Shown here: piece after piece, positions 58,430 to 64,000 of the stretch
How positions within the stretch are numbered: position 1 is the stretch's first letter
Layout of the letters: every line of letters starts with the position of its first letter
DNA from: Ascoidea asiatica JCM 7603
Lineage: Eukaryota; Fungi; Ascomycota
Length of the DNA stretch: 64,000 bases
Assembly: GCA_001600695.1 (NCBI GenBank)
Contig: BCKQ01000004.1
Location: 1,072,067 to 1,136,066, forward strand
Direction of reading: 5' to 3'
Made by a program: the position numbers and the translations under genes
Notes under the pieces: model-generated
Database searches by the model: none
Told to the model about the DNA's origin: nothing
The model's input: the letters and a program-made list of their open reading frames with translations, nothing else

Positions 58430-61365
58430 GTAATCATATTCATAATCATAATAATCCTAATAGAAATTTTAGACAAAATTCAACTTCTAATGTAAATTCT
58501 TCTTCATCTAGAAACTTAAGTCAGCAAGCATTTTCCAATATAAATAATAATCAAACAAATCTTGATCCAAATTTAAATTCAAATTATATTCCTAATAATA
58601 ATACAAGTCAACGATCAGGCTTAAATTTTTCGAATTTCTCAAATAATAGTAATAATAATAATAATAATGTCAATAATAGCAATGTCAATAATAACAATGT
58701 CAACAATGTTAAAAGATCTACTTCTCCATCATTTCCTGGGCAAAGAAATGCAATTTCTACTTTAAATTCAAATAATAGAAGACCTATACCTACTGATCCT
58801 CTGAATTATTCTTTTAATAATTATTCTACTCTTCGAACCAATTCTTCAAATAATCTCTCTAATAGAAATGGGCTTCAAAATCTAAATCAAAACCAATATA
58901 ATGATAATTTAAATGATTTCTCAGGAAATATAAGTACTGATCCTACTATCAATCAACCAAATAGCTTTAATGCTCTTAAATCAAATAATTTAAGAAATTC
59001 TATACAGAATAATATCATTGATAATAATATTGAAAATTCATTTTCAAATTATCCAAATAATAGTAATAATAATATTAATAATAACAATGACTTCCTTAAT
59101 CAAACAGATTCGGACATGAATAGACAAAATAATTATAGTTTTTCTACAAATCCACAAAATGCTGGTTCAAATGATATAATTTATGATTCTGATATATTCA
59201 ATAATAATAATCCATTTCAACTTGATTTATCTCCAGGCGCAATGAATGAATTATTTTCATTATCTCCAACTTTTCCATCTCCCTCTGCTCAAACTTTAAT
59301 CAATAATGATTTAAGAAATTCATTTTTGAAATTAATTCCAGATTTAGAACGTCATCCAGATTTTACAATTGAAAATTTAGAAAAATGTTTAGTTTCTTAT
59401 TGGTCTGTATTTCATATAAATATGCCAATTTTGCATAAACCATCTTTCAATACTCAAGAATCTTCACCATTATTAGTTCTTTGTATGATAATGATTGGTG
59501 CTGGATTTTTAAAAGGTATAAATACTTTAGAACCACATAAACCAAATAATTTAGATAATGTAATATCACCAGGTTCATTACCAACTTCTGCTGGTTGTGT
59601 TTTAGTTGATGGTGGAGGTTTAGCTGATTTAATATGTTTTCCAATAAGAGGAATAATTTTTAATCATGATGATTTTAGTCCTCCTTCAAGCTTATGGGTT
59701 ATACAAAGTTTAGTTTTATTAGAATATTATGAAAAATTTATGACTTCAAGAAAATTACATGAAAGAAGTTATTTACATCATGGAACTTTAATTCAATTAC
59801 TAAGAAGAACAAGAACTTTAGGTGGTGATCCACATAAAGAAGAAGCTGTTAGTAGTAATGCAAGTGAAACTGAAGAAGAAGATGATGATGATAAAAAAAA
59901 ATTAAAAGCAAATGAATTATGGAAAAGATGGATTGAATATGAATCAATGAATAGAGCTGCATTTGTAGCATTTTATATTGATATTACTCATGGAATAATT
60001 TTTGGTCATCAATATATTCTTTCTTTATATCAAATTAGAATGAGAATGCCATGTAGTGATGAAGTTTGGGAATCTACAAGTCATGAAATTAATAATAATT
60101 TAAATAATGATAATAATATCAATCATGAGTTTTCTAATGAAGCTTTACCACCAAAATTTAATAATGCTCCGTTTTTTTCAGAACTTCAAGCAATAATGAG
60201 TGGAAAAGAAATAAGATCAAGATCATCACTTGGAATGAAAGTTTTAATGACTGGCTTATTAGCTGTTTTATGTCAATTACAACATGATCATTCTCAATTT
60301 TCATTATTAAGATCTAGTAAAATGGTAGATCATTGGAAAAAAGGATTATCTAAAATTTTTGATTATTTTATTCATCATATTTTAAATGGTTGTTGTAATT
60401 CAAGAACAAATTTATTACCACTTCCTAATGATGAAATTAAACCTAATGAAAGTTCTTTAAATCTCAATAGAGACAATCAAAAAAATTTAAATGAAAACTT
60501 AATGAGTAAAACATTTAGTGTTGGTACAAATATAACAGTTGGATCAACAGCAAGTTCAGTTGCATATGAACCAATAATACCAGAATATTTTTGTTCAAGT
60601 GATACTAGATGTAAAGTACCTGCATATCATATTGCACATATTGTTATGACAATTAATCATTATGATTTAGTTATATTTGCAGGAGCACCATCAAGAATGA
60701 ATGTTAAATCTAGAATGAATAATTATGATACAGTTAAAAGAAGAATATTCAATTGGACAAATGATTCAAGAAGTAAATTAGCAGTTTTACATGCATATTT
60801 ATTTATATTTGAAATGTTATTAAAACCAGAAAATTTTGAAAATCAAACTCCATATAAATATAGTCCACTTGAAGATCCATTTCTTGAAAGAATAAATGCT
60901 ATGGCAATTGCAGTTTTAACTATATGGGCATATAATTATTCTATTGAAGGACCAGAAACTAATATGTATGATGAAAATGATAATTTTATTAATTTTGCTT
61001 CAAGTAATAGTAATACTACTGATATTGATAGATCAATTGGAATTGAAGATGGATATAGTTATTTACAAAGAATAAGAAGTAGTTTAACAAGTCAAGTTGG
61101 ATGTCCAATTCATTGTTTTCCAACTTTAGATGCAATGAAATTTATTGAAATTTCTAGAATTCAAGCAATTAAATTAGATTTAGTACCAAATAAAAGAAAT
61201 ATGGTTGGATTATTAAGATTAGTTGCAAGTGCATTTTCTCATAGTAATTGGGAATTATCTCATGAATTTCGAGAATTATTTAATAATTGTGCAGAAAGAA
61301 GTTTAGGTAAACATCAAATAAGGTGTGATTCAATGTATAAAGATGTTAAAAAATCAGGATATTAA
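56257..61365 (+). CDS. SDD4: C2H2 zinc-finger transcription factor with fungal middle-homology domain, YPR022C/Sdd4-like
   Basis: Two fingers CEFPGCDKTFTRSEHRSRHMLNH and CPWPNCPKTFVRNDLKLRHIKRH; YWSVFHINMPILHKPSF, WKRWIEYESMNR, MPCSDEVWE. First ATG at 56257 (track starts at TTG 56239). The gene symbol is less certain than the family. Confidence 0.8.
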
Positions 61366-61445
61366 AAAAAAGTTTTAAACAATGTAAAATATTTATTATA
61401 TAGAAAAAATTTTAAATTAAATATTATAGATAAAAATTTAAAGAT

Positions 61446-62303
61446 TTAAGAATTATAGAATCTAATTGTAATAATATTACTATTGTTAATATTAATATTA
61501 TTATTATTATCATTATTATTTACAATATAATTATAATAATTAAAATGACAAAATGGACAATTTTTATTTAGATTTTGATAATCAGAAGTATTTTTATTCG
61601 CATAAATCCAACTATTTAAACAAGTGGAATGAAAATAATGATTACATGGTAATTTTTTAATTTTATCTTTTGATTTATAATCACAAAGACATATAATACA
61701 ATTATCAGAATCATCATCATTATCATTATTGTTATTTTGATTAATATGATTTAGGATAAATGATTTATAATTCATTGACTTTATTTTGGTAGAAATTTTT
61801 GAGTATTTATCCTTTAATTTCAATTTTAATTTTAATTTGAGTTTTGATGGATTTGATGAAATTTCTGGATTTAAAAAATCCATTAAACTTGAATCAGCTG
61901 AATCATTATCATTAATGGTAAATTTATCCTTTTCTTTATCATTATCTTTATCATTATCATTACCTTTATCTTTATTTTTATATTTTATACTTGGTATGAT
62001 TTCATCAAATTTCTCTTTAAAAATTCTATTGTTAAAAGAGATTAATCTCAATTTAGTTAATTCATCTAATTGATTATCATCATCATCATCATCATCATCA
62101 TTTTCAAAATCATTTACAATTTGAATATTATGATCTAAATTATCTAGGACTTCATTCGTTTCTTTGAAATTTAATGAATTTGAAATCATACATAAGATAA
62201 TAATGAGTATAATTATAAAAGAAATTGTTCTTATATCAAAAATTTTAAAAACATTTGATAATTTAAATTTCTTTAATATATTTGAAATTAGCAATTCAAT
62301 CAT
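61446..62303 (-). CDS. Membrane-anchored RING-H2 protein (putative E3 ligase)
   Basis: Hydrophobic ISFIIILIIILCMI near the N-terminus; C-terminal CIICLCDY..LPCNHYFHSTCLNSW..CPFC. Confidence 0.8.
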   Translation of the reverse strand: MIELLISNILKKFKLSNVFKIFDIRTISFIIILIIILCMISNSLNFKETNEVLDNLDHNIQIVNDFENDDDDDDDDNQLDELTKLRLISFNNRIFKEKFDEIIPSIKYKNKDKGNDNDKDNDKEKDKFTINDNDSADSSLMDFLNPEISSNPSKLKLKLKLKLKDKYSKISTKIKSMNYKSFILNHINQNNNNDNDDDSDNCIICLCDYKSKDKIKKLPCNHYFHSTCLNSWIYANKNTSDYQNLNKNCPFCHFNYYNYIVNNNDNNNNININNSNIITIRFYNS

Positions 62304-62716
62304 TAGTAAGATTGAATAATATTAATTTGCAATTTTTGATAAGCATAGGACTTTTTGAATCAATGAAGTTGTCACATATATAGTAAATTATCTATGGAAT
62401 CCAATGAAGTATCATAAAGCTATTTTCTAATGGAACTATTATGTCATTTTTATTATATTCTTGTTGATGAAGTTTTTAATCTATTCCTGGCCACTGAATA
62501 TAAATCAAATAAAACAAAAAAGGTATAAAATTGCTAATAAAATAGCAAAAGCACAGTTTGTTTGGTATTTGCAGAGAGAGACCAGGAGTTTGGTGCTTGT
62601 TGCAAGTACCAACTCAGTGGTAATTTAATTGATACCATAACTATGGTTTATTATTACTAATTCCATAGAAGTGGTCTCTACCATTAACCTGGATTATTGT
62701 TTTAAACTTTAATAAT

Positions 62717-62724
62717 GTCACGTG
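62717..62724. promoter_or_regulatory. Cbf1-type site GTCACGTG in the divergent RING-H2/MFS promoter
   Basis: Exact match at the edge of a small GC island (about 62715-62830). Confidence 0.5.
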
Positions 62725-63221
62725 CCTTCTCGGGATTGCAATTACACAGTCAGCGCGGCTAACGTGCCCCAATTAGGAAACTTCTTGAAGCAGGGCCGGT
62801 AAAAATCAGCTTTCAATAGCCGAATTCGTAACTTCAACTTTATTTTCCAGTCATTTTTCATTGACTCAGAATTAAAAATCGTTCAAAAATTTGGAAAAAC
62901 ATGAAAGAAAATACAAGTTTTTGATTACCGACGATAGATGATAAAGATAAATTAACTTCAATCAGGGTTAACAGCATTTATGATGAATAGAATAAGCTGA
63001 TAGTCTCTTTAAGGGTTGTAATGAATTTTGATTCTGGTAGAATTAAAGAAAAAATCTGGTTTTTGAAAATTTATTAGATCTTTAACATAATTTGACAGTG
63101 AATAAAATTTAGTTGATTTTCTTTATTAGTTTTCTTAAATCAATAATATCAAAAGTACCAGTTTCTTAGAAGTAAAAATCAAAAGAAAATAAAGTAATAA
63201 AACTGATAAAATCTTTTAAAA

Positions 63222-64000
63222 ATGTTTGAAGAAATCAAAGAGAAATACTTCAAACCTTTGCTTTTCTTGACTGTCACATTATCCATATTAAGTGGAAATA
63301 TGAATGTGACTGCATTTGTGATTTCATTTCAAAATATTGAAAAAATATTTAATGTTGATTCTTCAGTTGCAGGTTGGCCAATGTCAGCATATACTATTGG
63401 TTTTTCATCTTTTATAATAGTATTTGGTAGACTTGGAGATATTTTAGGTTACTTTAATATTTTTATCACTGGTTTATTTTTATTCTCAATATTATCTTTA
63501 ATTGGTGCATTAGTTGAAAATTTTACTGCTTTAATAATAATTAGAACTTTACAAGGAATTTGTGCAGCTTCAACAACTCCTTCTTCATATGCTTTAATTG
63601 CAAATTTTTTTACTGGAATTGCTTTAAATAGAGCTTTAGGTGCTTTAGCTGCAATAACAGTGGTAGCTTCGGGTTTTGGTTATTTATTTGGTGGTATTTT
63701 TGCTTCAACTACTTATGGTTATAGAGGTGTAATGTGGATTTCATTTGCTTTTAATATTATTGGAATTTTATTATCTTTAATTTTATATCCAATTATTAAA
63801 CAAAAATTAAATCAAAAAAATGAATTAGTTAATTTACAAAATTCAAAAAATTCAGAGAATAATAATAATAATCAAAATAAGAAAAATTGGAGAAAATTAG
63901 ATTATTTAGGATTTTTATTATTAGTTATTTTTGGAGTTTTATTAGTAACTGGTTTTACAGAAGCTGGTAAATCTTGGAAATCTCCAAAATCATATGTCTT
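63222..64000 (+). CDS. MFS drug:H+ antiporter, DHA2 family (Atr1/Amf1-like); runs off the right edge
   Basis: Not in the ORF track. Manual translation: MFEEIKEKY...AGWPMSAYTIGFSSFIIVFGRLGDILG (motif A)...IRTLQGICAA (motif B)...GFGYLFGG...KLDYLG. An in-frame TAA at 63207 fixes the start. Confidence 0.9.
   Translation, partial: MFEEIKEKYFKPLLFLTVTLSILSGNMNVTAFVISFQNIEKIFNVDSSVAGWPMSAYTIGFSSFIIVFGRLGDILGYFNIFITGLFLFSILSLIGALVENFTALIIIRTLQGICAASTTPSSYALIANFFTGIALNRALGALAAITVVASGFGYLFGGIFASTTYGYRGVMWISFAFNIIGILLSLILYPIIKQKLNQKNELVNLQNSKNSENNNNNQNKKNWRKLDYLGFLLLVIFGVLLVTGFTEAGKSWKSPKSYV

Noticed and set aside
1-64000. tRNA, rRNA, CRISPR, LTR or transposase features
   Set aside because: No cloverleaf or A/B-box pair, repeat-spacer array, LTR pair or RT/integrase/transposase motif was recognised by eye; tRNAscan-SE, Rfam and RepeatModeler would be needed to exclude them.

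Overview
Eukaryotic nuclear DNA from an extremely AT-rich budding yeast (Saccharomycotina; genes apparently intronless, codons almost all A/T-ending, many poly-Asn tracts; the composition is reminiscent of Ascoidea-like yeasts but the taxon cannot be established from this window). It holds 16 protein-coding genes, in order: SCT1 (cut by left edge), an orphan, BUD13, NUP49, AGC1, XRN1, an N/S-rich orphan, SAN1, RNA15, D-amino-acid oxidase, AKL1-type kinase, a Puf4-type PUF protein, a secreted GH28 rhamnogalacturonase, a Zn2Cys6 factor, an SDD4/YPR022C-like C2H2 factor and a membrane RING-H2 protein, plus a 17th, a DHA2-type MFS transporter cut by the right edge. Most notable: (1) a filamentous-fungus-type rhamnogalacturonan hydrolase, a horizontal-transfer candidate, head-to-head with a zinc-cluster factor and next to an orphaned promoter-like GC island; (2) a 9-kb gene desert upstream of the PUF gene with at least 17 copies of the palindrome TACWGTA; (3) a PUF repeat-4 recognition residue changed from Gln to Thr; (4) GC-rich promoter islands carrying phased motif arrays. 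No tRNA, rRNA, CRISPR or transposon was recognised. All gene calls come from motif recognition by eye, not database searches.
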